Positions 38,001 through 45,400 of a DNA stretch of 64,000 bases are shown here, one piece after another. The stretch is from NCBI RefSeq assembly GCF_004010195.1, contig NC_057749.1:6637612-6701611 (forward strand). The letters run 5' to 3'. The translations under genes were made by a program, and so were the position numbers. The notes beneath the pieces are model-generated. The model made no database searches, was not told where the DNA came from, and worked only from the letters and a program-made list of their open reading frames with translations. The stretch is from Chiloscyllium plagiosum (taxonomy: Eukaryota). Positions within the stretch are counted from its first letter, which is position 1; every line of letters begins with the position of its first letter.

Positions 38001-41000
38001 GTGGCATCTTACAGACCTCGGATTGATCTCCATGGTTTGTTTCGCCTCTTCCAGGCCCGGCTTTTGGGTAGGAATAGGAAAGCGTCCAGTCACAACCTCT
38101 CCAGCTGTCCGAGTGTAGGATCGTCTTATTGGAGCAGCTTGTCATTTTCCTCTCCCTCATTGTCAATTAACTAGAAACATAACAACATACGCAGTGGAGA
38201 GATTGGAGGATGAAGCAATGGTCCTGCAGTATTAAGATAGCAGTGACACACTGTCTTTTAAAGGGTGAGACATTGATGTAGTAATCTTGTTAGAATTCAG
38301 ATGAACATTCTGGGGACACAGGTATAAATCTTGGCAGCTGCTGGAAGTTTTGTTAAATTAATAAATCTCATGGGCGGCACAGTGGCACAGTGGTTAGCAC
38401 TGCTGCCTCACAGCGCCAGAGACCTGGGTTCAATTCCAACCTCAGGCAACTATCTGTGTGGAGTTTGCACGTTCTCCCTGTGTCTGCGTGGGTTTCCTCC
38501 AGGTACTCTGCTTTCCTCCCACAGTCCAAAAATGTGCAGGTTAGGTTAATTGGCCATGCTAAATTGCCTGTAGTGTTAGGTGAAGGGGTAAATGTAGTGG
38601 AATGGGTCTGGGTGGGTTGCTCTTCAGAGGGTCAGTGTGGACTTGTTGGGCCGAAGGGCCTGTTTCCACACTGTAAGTAATCTAATCTAGTTATAATAAT
38701 GGTGACCATGAAACTAATAACCCACTTGGTTCATTAATGTCCATTAGGAAAGGAAATCTACTGTCCTTACCTGGTCTGGCTGACAAGTGGCTTCAGACCA
38801 ACAGCAATGTGGTTGATTCTTAACTGTCCTCCACTTAGTACAAGGGCAGAAGAAGAGTAACAAATAAAATGAGAATCCATTCATTACTCCCACATCCAAC
38901 AACAATAATAGTGAAATGAAAAGATTGAAAATCTCCCAGTGCACACAGTTTCAATTATTTCTTCTGTTTTCACTTGACTAATATTTTCATGTTCCTCCTA
39001 CAGACGAGACCGATTCAGTCCAGATTTCTACAGAGTCGAAACCTAAACTGTATAGCACTTTGTGAAGGTATGAATCATCTTTACTTCCTAACATGCAACC
39101 TCCAAGGTTTCATTAACAGAGGCACAGAGTACAAAAGCTAGTTGCATTTATATAAAACACAAGCTCAGTCTGAACTGGAGTATTGTGTCCAGTTATGGCC
39201 ATCGCAGTTTGTATTTGAGTGCAGAAAGAATTCACAGCAATGGTTCCAGGGATTAGGAACTTCAGTTATGTGGAGAGATTGGAGATGTTGGGGCTGTTTC
39301 TCTTCAGAGAAGAGGAGGTTGAAGGAGATTTGATAAAGGTGTTCAAAATCAAGAGGGGTGCTGGTAGAGTAGCTAGTTTTCCCACTAATGGAAGCATCAA
39401 AAACAAGAGGGTGTGGACATGAGGCAAAAGAAATAATGACAACGTAAGGAAAATCTTTTTCATGTAGGGAACGTTTGGGGTCTAGACACACTGCTTAACA
39501 CTGTGGTGGATGCCGATTGAATTGAGACCGTAAGAGGAACTTGGGTTATGAGCTGAAAAGGAAGAATGTTCAATACTTTGAGGAGAAGGCAGAGGAGTGG
39601 CACTCAGTAAATTTCTTCTTTGGAGATACAGTGTAGATGTGATGGGCTCAATGGTCTCCTCCGGTGATTCCTTCACATAGTGTCGGCAGTATGTTGCCAC
39701 GTCAAGAGATTATCACCAGAGCTCTCTTTTTTCCTATTTGTGAAATAATTGCTGGGGCCAGTTAGATTAGATGGTCAGCCTGTGGTTCCAAATAATGTCA
39801 ACAGCAGATTTCAATTCCTGCTTTGGCTGAAGTAGACTTGGAGCTAGCTTCTTCAGCCACTCCCTGAAAAGAGAAGACAATGTAGGACCATCACTGACAA
39901 GAGCTGTCAATGAATACTGACAATGAGCCGGCCACGTGTCCCCATGGTGATGAGTGAAGTCATTCTGCTATCCCACTTGGTTCTCTCTTGAGGAGGGTGA
40001 ACAAGGCTCCTCTTTTTAAGCTTGCATACTGACATTTGCCAAATCACTCATATCAAACAGAGATAACAAATTTGTTTACCCACAATTTCACAGCCGAAAT
40101 AATGTTTTAGGAATCAAGAGCAGTTACCATTGTAAAACTTCCTTACTTAATTCACAAGTTCAACTTCAACCACAGCAGAGAGCAATTGCATGATCGGCTG
40201 CCTGCTTGGTACAGTCCATTTTCAAATATTTACATGTTTTATGATTGATGCATGGGATATGTGTGCCTCTAGCTAGGCCAGCATTTATTGTCCTGAGGAC
40301 AATTAAGAGTCAAACACATGCTGTGGGTGTGGAGTCACATGTAGGCCAGACCAGGTAAGGATGACAGTTTCTTTCCCTAAAGGATATTAATGAACCAGAA
40401 GAGCTTTTACCTAATTTATTTTTATTTTTATTTTTTTAAATTCTAATTTCAGATGAATCATGGAATGGTCATGCTGCAGAAAGGGATCATTTGGCCCATC
40501 TTGTCTGTATTGGCTCTCCAAATGAATATCATGACTTAGCCTCCTTCTCCTGTCTTTTCCACATATCCTTGCACATTATTTCCACCTAAATGGTCATTTA
40601 ATGCCATTTTGAATGTCTCAATTGAATCTGCCTCTGCCAGGCAGTGCATATCATACCCTAACTATTCACTATGTGAAAAGATATTTATTTCTTATCTAGC
40701 ATTTGTTACTTTAAATCTGTGACCTCTTACTTACTTATGAATGGGAATAGTTTCTCCCTACCTACGCCATCCAGCCCTTCATGATTTTGAAGATTAATAT
40801 CAAATCTCCTCTTCGTCTTCTGTGGAATTGTCTGCCACCGAATGTAGTTGAGGCCAAAATATTAAATGTTTGTAAGAAGGAGTCAGATGTATTTCTTAGT
40901 GCTAAAGGAAAAGAAGGGTGAAAGTGGGAACAGGGGACTGAGGTTGGATGGCATATTGGATGGCAGAGCAAGCTCAATGGGCGAAATGGCGTACTTCTGC

Positions 41001-44000
41001 TCACATATTCTATCTTTCAACTACACATCCAGTGACATTTGTCGCCACTTTGCCTCAAGTTAGTTGTTAGAATCAGCTACTAGTAAATTACCTTATCATT
41101 TTTGACTAGATTGAATGTAGTCCAAAGTTTAAAAAAAAATGCACAAGTCAAATATGTTTTATTGAAATGGTTGGCTTGGTATTGTTATTTTTATCATTTT
41201 GCAATTTGTTAAGTTGAGCAAGAGTGCCCCTTTCGGAATGTTCTAGATTTCTGATGAGGATGTGAATAAGAGTTTACTAGCAAATAGTTATAGTTCACAT
41301 AAAGCTATAGAAGGACCATAGAAGAGGACAACCTGCACATAAATCTCATGGAGCTTCACATCAGAATGGGAACTGGGAGGAGAACAGGTCTCCTTTAATT
41401 TGATATGGGAGAATTGACTGAAGGACATAAGGTAGAAGAGGCAGATTTTTTTTGAAGAAGCTTTTCAAGAGGATACAAGAAGGCTGAGCATCTTTGCTAA
41501 AGGAAGTTGTGAGTGCAGAGCGACAAAAGGTTCACAAGTAGGAGGAGGCTATGGGGCTCTAGCGATGAATGAAAGAGACCAACTGGGATGTCGAGCTGGA
41601 GGATATAGAGTCATGCAGAACTTATGAAGATGACAATTTTGAAGTTAATGCTTTGAGGGACAATGCTTTAGTGAGGACAGCAGTGATAGGTGAGAAAGTT
41701 AGTACAGCAAACTTTGTTTAACTGTCACTCTCGATAAACCGGCACGAAGTACATGCCTCGAATATAGCGATCTACCACGATATCCAAGTATTCATGTTAT
41801 AAATAGGCAATTGGGCATTGTTAACTAACAGGAAATTTAAAATGGGATGTTCAGTGATAGTAAGCTGATTAGAATCTCTCTTTTTGGAGGTGGTCATTGC
41901 TTGACACTTGTATATGATGAATTTAATTTGCCTTGTAAGTGCCCAAGTCTGAATGCTATCCAGGTCTTGCTGCATATCGACATAGACTGTTTCAGTATCT
42001 GAGGAGACATAAATGGTGCTGAACATTTAGGCCAATCCTTGACATTTTATTCATAATATCAATCATTAGAAGCCTAACTACTTGAAAAATGGTCATCAGT
42101 TTGTACTTTCCAGAAAACTCCGCTATTTTGAACATGAGTTGAGATTGCCAAAGAACTTGCACTGAAACAAATTGTCAATGAGACTGAAAGCATTCTTCCT
42201 TTTAACCAGATCCTTGATAATGTTTCCTTTCTTGTTTTCTTTCTTAGTTATAACTTCAAAAGATCTCCAGAAACATGGGAACATCTGGGTTTGCCCTGTG
42301 TCTGATCATGTCTGCACTCGCTTCTTTTTTGTGTGAGTAGGATCAACAACATAATCGTGATCATCTCATTGTGTTTGGCCTAATTTCAGGATTCTGACTC
42401 ATGTCACGTCAACTGGTCCATCGGTCCCCTTAGTCCCCGAGGTCTAGTGTTGAATGAGTATTAATGAGTAATGAATTCCTGATGGTGTCTAATAAGATAT
42501 CACATTTCTCCTCTGCCATCTAAACTAACCTTATGCCATATCCTTGGTGCATCCACATGCTTGATGGATACATCAACCTAGACATTGCTGTTTGGGATGA
42601 GCAATTTTGAGGTTATGAATTGAAACTGCAGGTTGACAAATAGATTCTAAATAGTCTGGTATTTCTAGGGATGTGGTTGTGACAAACTTGCCCTCTCACA
42701 ACACATCTTTAAACTTCCCCCTCTTACCTTAAACCCATGCCCCTCAGTATTTGATATTGATGGGCAAAAGACTCTGACTTTCCACCCTATCCATGCCTCC
42801 TATAATTTTAGACACTTCTATCAGTTCACCTCCTCAGCCTCCAGTGCTCTAGCAAAAATAATCCAAATTTGTCCAACCTCTCCCTATGGCGAATACACTC
42901 CAATCCAGGCAATATCCTGGTAAACCACTTTTGCACTCTCTCAAAGTCTTCACATGCTTATTATAGTGTGGCAACCAGAACTGGACACAGTATTCCAAAT
43001 GTGGCTTAACTAAAGGCTTATACAGCTGCAACATGGCTTGTCAACATTTATACTCAATGTCCTGCCTGATGAAGGCAAGCATAACACCCACCTTGTTTTT
43101 GACCACCTTATCCACTTGTATTGTACTTTCAGGGAGCTATGGACCTTGACTCCAAGGTCTCCCTGTATATCAATGCTCCTGAGGGTCCTGCCATGTACTA
43201 TATGACTGCAGTTGCATTTGACCTCCTAAATACATCAGCTTACACTTGTTCGGATTTAAACTCCATCAGCCATTTAGGCAAAAGTGAGTACTGCAGATGC
43301 TGGAGATCAGAGTTAAGATTTGAGTAGTGCTGGAAAAGCACAGCAGGTCAGGCAGCATCCAAGGAGCAGGAAAATCAACATTTCAAGCAAAAGCCCTTCA
43401 TCAGGAATCATCATTTCCTTTTAACATGAATCATCAGATTCCTGACGAAGGGTTTTTGACCAAAATGTTGATTTTCCTGCCCCTCGGATGCTACCTGACC
43501 TGCTGTGCTTTTCCAGCACCACTCTAATCTTGACTCCATCTGTCATTTGTCTGCTCAACTTTGCAACTCATCTATATCCTGCCTTATCCTTCCTCACTAC
43601 AGCATTGCTGAACAAAGAGACATAGTTCCTTGAAAGTGGAGCTATAGGTAGACAGGGTGGTGAAGAAGGTTTTTGGCTTCATTGGTCAGAACATTGAGTA
43701 CAGGAGTTGGGATGTCATGTTGCAGCTGTACAGGACATTGGTGAGGCCACTGTTAGAATACTGTGTTCAGTTCTGATCGCCCTTCTATAGGAAGGATGTT
43801 GTTGACCTTCAGAGGGTGCAGAAAACATTTAAATGGATGTTGCCGGGACAGGAGGGTTTGAGTTATGGGGATGGGCTGAATAGGCTAGACCTTTTTTTTC
43901 CCTGGAATGGCCCCCAGCCCATTCCACGTTGACTCTCAGCTGCTCCAGTCTTCCAGGCCTATTCATGTGGTTATCCAAATGTCTTTTAAACATTGTGATT

Positions 44001-44442
44001 ATACCCACATCCACCACTTCCTCAGGAAGTTCATTCCACGTGTGAACCCTCTGTGTAAAAAAGAGTCGCCCCATGTCTGTTTTGGATCTCTCCCCTCTCA
44101 TCTTAAAATGTGCTCCTTCGTCTTAAAGGGCTATCAGCAATGAAGACATTGGTATGAGGTTCTGTGTCAATTCAATTTAAAGCAAATGCTTTAACTCTTG
44201 AGTATCTCAGATTAGAGGTGCCTCACACAATCTACAGAGTTTGTGGTTCCAACATTTCCTTTTAACATGAATTGCTTCTTTAAATAAGCATCATTTTTCA
44301 TGACAGCAGTTTTGAGGCTCACGTTATTGTTCCTCGCAGGTATGAAGATGGACAAGTTGGTGATGCCAATATCAACACTCAGGATCCCAAAATCCAGAAG
44401 GAAATTATGCGTGTGATTGGAACTCAGATTTACACAAGCTGA
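1898..44442 (+). CDS. PARP6: PARP6 (ARTD17) mono-ADP-ribosyltransferase, 3' portion: 11 coding exons, 897 nt = 298 aa + stop; 5' exons lie upstream of the window
   Basis: Spliced exons translate without interruption from [31 protein letters not shown] to [15 protein letters not shown]. This matches the vertebrate PARP6 C-terminus as I recall it ([52 protein letters not shown] are PARP6-type rather than PARP8-type). All introns are GT..AG with compatible phases. Confidence 0.96.
2259..2546 (+). mobile_element. HE1/V-type tRNA-derived SINE, internally deleted
   Basis: tggctcagtgg A-box, ggttcaaatcc B-box, tttcctcccacag core, CR1-like tail. Confidence 0.75.
2600..3910. mobile_element. Decayed CR1 fragments (minus ~2600-3110, plus ~3170-3910)
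   Basis: ORF track shows [15 protein letters not shown] on the minus strand and QKRFTR on the plus strand. Confidence 0.7.
4120..4272. mobile_element. Penelope-like short repeat, inverted pair (family A)
   Basis: gtggtgttggaaaggcaca arm followed by reverse-complement arm tgcttttccagaaccacac...cactttctc. Confidence 0.65.
4862..5323. repeat. Old inverted repeat (arms ~4862-5000 and ~5188-5323)
   Basis: Arms are recognisably reverse-complementary, including perfect 19-bp atggtgatttcccattaca / tgtaatgggaaatcaccat. Confidence 0.75.
5595..5810 (+). mobile_element. tRNA-derived SINE (family D); a second copy lies on the minus strand at ~31660-31865
   Basis: tagctcagtgg A-box, ggttcaattcc B-box, body shared with the 31.7-kb copy. 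Confidence 0.6.
6015..6080 (+). CDS. PARP6: PARP6 exon B (66 nt): [22 protein letters not shown]
   Basis: Acceptor cccacttacag|AAG, donor CAG|gtaggt; phase 0/0. Confidence 0.95.
7691..8021 (-). mobile_element. HE1/V-type SINE, nested in a family-C SINE (~7445-8140)
   Basis: Full reverse-complement HE1 body; both flanks continue the family-C consensus. Confidence 0.8.
8460..9085 (-). mobile_element. CR1 LINE 3' fragment
   Basis: ORF 8729..8995: [15 protein letters not shown]...[14 protein letters not shown]. Confidence 0.85.
9627..9750 (-). mobile_element. Penelope-like repeat family A, single arm with hammerhead-like core
   Basis: Minus strand ctgaaga-a-ggac-tcat-gccc-gaaa-cgtc; flanked by gaata(t/c)ccttcaaag at 9612-9626 and 9750-9764. 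Confidence 0.7.
10371..10676 (+). mobile_element. HE1/V-type SINE
   Basis: tggtggctcagtggttagcactgctgcctcac head, CR1-like tail. Confidence 0.8.
11095..11388 (-). mobile_element. HE1/V-type SINE, 5'-truncated
   Basis: Reverse complement of the V-domain core (gtgtggagtttgcacattctccccgtgtctg). Confidence 0.8.
12438..12553 (-). mobile_element. Penelope-like repeat family B inserted in a CR1 fragment (~12155-12725)
   Basis: gtgctggaatccaaggtagacaag...gtgtaacccttct; flanked by agaa(t/a)gcagttgag duplication. Confidence 0.65.
12745..13160 (+). mobile_element. Deu-domain SINE (SacSINE1/AmnSINE1-like)
   Basis: ggtggatgtgaaaggtccca..ggagttctct..cagattatctggtca..cacattacaacagtg..cttcattggct resembles the DeuSINE core and L2-like tail as I recall them. 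Confidence 0.65.
13219..15000 (-). mobile_element. CR1 LINE ORF2 (RT) remnant, ~1.8 kb
   Basis: ORFs 14202..14594 ([13 protein letters not shown]...RSCLEFF...VDFS) and 13658..13840 (LVRPHLAYC); frameshifted. Confidence 0.9.
15622..15834. mobile_element. Penelope-like repeat family A, inverted pair with 17-bp target duplication
   Basis: tctgaattcctgacttg at 15605-15621 and 15832-15848; core ctgatga-a-gggc-tttt-gccc-gaaa at 15741-15764. Confidence 0.8.
15921..15988 (+). CDS. PARP6: PARP6 exon C (68 nt): [22 protein letters not shown](W)
   Basis: Acceptor tctcttctag|GGG, donor TG|gtacct; phase 0/2. Confidence 0.95.
15997..16048 (+). repeat. (GT)n microsatellite
   Basis: Imperfect GT run beginning 9 nt after the exon C donor. 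Confidence 0.9.
16415..16745 (-). mobile_element. tRNA-derived SINE family C; other copies at ~11845-12090, 21025-21480, 23465-24020, 33645-34165, 38695-38920, 40240-40410
   Basis: Recurrent core ggtctggagtcacatgtaggccagaccaggtaaggatggcagtttccttccctaaagg; the plus-strand copy at 33820 shows tggcctagtgg and ggattcaaatcc boxes. Confidence 0.75.
16915..17230 (-). mobile_element. L2-type LINE 3' fragment (similar piece at ~32330-32640)
   Basis: Tail aacaacaacttctatttacatagcatctttaa...gatgtccaaaggtgcttcac and tggtcaaagag motif shared with the 32.4-kb copy. Confidence 0.5.
17770..19060 (-). mobile_element. CR1 LINE 3' fragment with nested HE1 SINE
   Basis: ORF 18080..18397: [15 protein letters not shown]...[13 protein letters not shown]. 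Confidence 0.85.
18422..18682 (-). mobile_element. HE1/V-type SINE with target duplication caaattt
   Basis: caaattt at 18415-18421 and 18683-18689. Confidence 0.8.
19674..19722 (+). CDS. PARP6: PARP6 exon D (49 nt): (W)[16 protein letters not shown]
   Basis: Acceptor gtttgttttctag|G, donor AGA|gtaagt; phase 2/0. Confidence 0.95.
19908..20320 (-). mobile_element. CR1 LINE 3' end
   Basis: atagagtcatagagatgtacagc tail in reverse complement. Confidence 0.85.
20609..21011. mobile_element. Older pogo/Tigger-like MITE hosting the 20712-20887 element
   Basis: Right end gcagaactgactg|ta; degenerate left end tctgccataatgca; CpG-rich internal taacgc motifs. Confidence 0.5.
20712..20887. mobile_element. 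176-bp Tc1/mariner (pogo/Tigger-like) MITE
   Basis: TA|CAGAGGAACCTCAATTGTCTG ... CAGACAATCGAGGTTCCTCTG|TA: 21-bp TIR with 1 mismatch and TA duplication. Confidence 0.85.
21531..22295 (-). mobile_element. CR1 LINE 3' fragment
   Basis: ORF 21934..22185: [15 protein letters not shown]...[16 protein letters not shown]. Confidence 0.9.
22590..23313 (+). mobile_element. Two CR1 3' ends, one (22907-23204) embedded in the other
   Basis: Two tails: ctatgactccatgact at ~23204 and (actctata)n at ~23313. Confidence 0.8.
24849..25040. mobile_element. Penelope-like repeat family A, inverted pair with 15-bp target duplication
   Basis: caaaaatgctgaagc at 24834-24848 and 25040-25054. Confidence 0.8.
25993..26105 (+). 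CDS. PARP6: PARP6 exon E (113 nt, or 110 nt from the distal CAG): [37 protein letters not shown](H)
   Basis: Acceptor ttcttttcacag|CAG|TTG (tandem acceptor), donor CA|gtgagt; catalytic His codon is split across this junction. Confidence 0.95.
26273..26394 (+). mobile_element. Penelope-like repeat family A, single arm with hammerhead-like core
   Basis: ctgatga (26279-26285)-a-ggac-ttat-gccc-gaaa-catc; tgacag(a/g)aacag duplication. Confidence 0.7.
26565..29548 (+). mobile_element. Long decayed CR1 LINE: ORF1 SGNH/esterase tail plus ORF2 APE endonuclease and RT
   Basis: VHIGTND (ORF1 esterase), GVFCRPP and [11 protein letters not shown] (APE), [24 protein letters not shown] and aagtttgctgatgac = KFADD (RT); many stops and frameshifts. 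Confidence 0.92.
30085..30157 (+). CDS. PARP6: PARP6 exon F (73 nt): (H)[24 protein letters not shown]
   Basis: Acceptor tttcatcctgtaacag|T, donor CAA|gtaagt; completes the FHGS motif of the PARP fold. Confidence 0.96.
31050..31247. mobile_element. Penelope-like repeat family E, inverted pair
   Basis: Arms caccaggttatagtccaacag / ctcttggactataaccttgtg; degenerate core ctgatga (31173-31179)-a-ggagc-agc-gttct-aaaa. Confidence 0.6.
32975..33044 (+). CDS. PARP6: PARP6 exon G (70 nt): [23 protein letters not shown](G)
   Basis: Acceptor ctgtctcttacaag|CTG (AAG), donor CAG|gtaagt; contains the YGxGIY NAD+-binding motif. Confidence 0.95.
33257..33547 (-). mobile_element. HE1/V-type SINE
   Basis: Reverse-complement HE1 with (tagat)n tail; possible aattgt duplication. 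Confidence 0.85.
36012..36091 (+). CDS. PARP6: PARP6 exon H (80 nt): (G)[26 protein letters not shown]
   Basis: Acceptor ttactttctag|GA, donor CAG|gtatta; phase 1/0. Confidence 0.95.
36338..36492. mobile_element. Penelope-like repeat family A, inverted pair (short second arm)
   Basis: gagaaagtgaggac...agcccttcatcagga followed by ttccagcaccacactctcgact. Confidence 0.7.
36796..37111 (+). mobile_element. HE1/V-type SINE, full length
   Basis: gggcggcatggcggctcagtggttagc head to gggccgaagggcctgtttccacactgtagggaatctaatctaa tail. Confidence 0.9.
38372..38689 (+). mobile_element. HE1/V-type SINE, full length
   Basis: gggcggcacagtggcacagtggttagc head, (taatc)n tail. Confidence 0.9.
39004..39067 (+). 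CDS. PARP6: PARP6 exon I (64 nt): [21 protein letters not shown](V)
   Basis: Acceptor gttcctcctacag|ACG, donor AAG|gtatga; phase 0/1. Confidence 0.95.
42248..42332 (+). CDS. PARP6: PARP6 exon J (85 nt): (V)[27 protein letters not shown](V)
   Basis: Long pyrimidine tract ending ttcttag|TT, donor GT|gtgagt; Ile in GNIWV occupies the position of the catalytic Glu of poly-PARPs. Confidence 0.95.
42685..44125. mobile_element. Cluster of CR1 fragments in both orientations in the last PARP6 intron
   Basis: ORF 42849..43034 ([13 protein letters not shown]) on the minus strand; plus-strand fragment ~43600-43905. Confidence 0.8.
43276..43533. mobile_element. Penelope-like repeat family A, inverted pair nested in CR1
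   Basis: Arms end at cccttcatcaggaat and restart at attcctgacgaaggg; actccatc(a/t)g(c/t)cattt duplication. Confidence 0.8.
44340..44442 (+). CDS. PARP6: PARP6 last coding exon: (V)[33 protein letters not shown]
   Basis: Acceptor gttcctcgcag|G; TGA at 44440-44442. Confidence 0.95.
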
Positions 44443-44800
44443 GTCCTGGAGGGATGATTAAGAAAAATTCCAAAGGATTCCCCCACAGACTTGAGACCTG
44501 TCACAATCATTCCCAATCTTCCTATCCTGGCTTTTGCAAGGAGTCTTTATAAATATTTTCAGCAGAGAAAGCTTTTTTTAAAGCCAGGATAAGAAAGACG
44601 TCCGTTTGTCCTTCATGATGCATCAGTGCTGTAATGGTGTTTTATATATCTTTAAATATACATATAATCGTGCTTTTTTTGTATGACTGTATTGTGTATG
44701 TTTGACAAGAAAATATCATCAGTTTCATTAAATTATGTGTACGAAAAATAAATATTTTGCACAATTTTGACTGGAAATGTGGTCTTTTAATTGGTTTAGT
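44443..44800 (+). terminator. PARP6: PARP6 3' UTR with polyadenylation signals (ATTAAA 44727-44732, AATAAA 44747-44752) and downstream GU/U-rich element
   Basis: Repeat-free AU-rich stretch after the stop codon; hexamers are followed by tgtggtcttttaattggttt. Confidence 0.7.
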
Positions 44801-44847
44801 TACACAGGAACATATGAACTCATTCCAGGATAGGCCATACGGCCCTG

Positions 44848-44940
44848 TTCCTGATGAAGGGCTTTTGCCCGAAACATCGATTTTCCTGCTTCTCAGATGC
44901 TGCCTGACCTGCTGTACTTTTCCATCACCACTCTAACCTC
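44848..44940 (+). mobile_element. Penelope-like repeat family A arm with intact hammerhead-like core
   Basis: ctgatga 44851-44857, a, gggc-tttt-gccc 44859-44870, gaaa 44871-44874, catc. Confidence 0.75.
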
Positions 44941-45169
44941 ATTTGGCCCACCTGCCCTGCTTCATTAGTCCATAAGATCATGGTTGATCTGATTGTGACC
45001 TCAACTTGACATTCCCAACTACTTCCCAATTATTTATGGACTCCCTTCTCAATCGAGAACCTGTCCATCTCTGTCCTAAAAATATTTAAAGATCCCTCTC
45101 CACTGGTCTTTGAGAAGGAGAATTACAAAGATGCCTTTCCTCTGGGACTCAGAGTTTTTAAAGTCTGCT

Positions 45170-45400
45170 CCCCGTTCAGACCTGCATATCCCTGGATACT
45201 ATAGGCAATTTTGCAAGGCCAATTCACCTAACTTGCACGTCTTTGGACTGTGGGAGGAAACTAGAGCACCTGGAGGAAACCCACACAGACACGGGGAGAA
45301 TGTGAAAACTCTACACAGAGAGCCACTGAAGGCTAGGATCGAACCCAGGCCCCTGGCACTGTGAGGCAACAGCGCTGCCCATGAAGCCACAGTGCTGCCC
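45170..45400 (-). mobile_element. HE1/V-type SINE, 3'-truncated (a 3'-half copy lies at ~46550-46735)
   Basis: Reverse-complement V-domain and tRNA head. Confidence 0.8.

Noticed and set aside
39940..40000. TGATGA as a possible C/D snoRNA box C
   Set aside because: No convincing box D with terminal stem at a suitable distance.
1898..44442. Assignment to the paralogue PARP8
   Set aside because: Diagnostic segments ([39 protein letters not shown]) fit PARP6 as I recall the two sequences.
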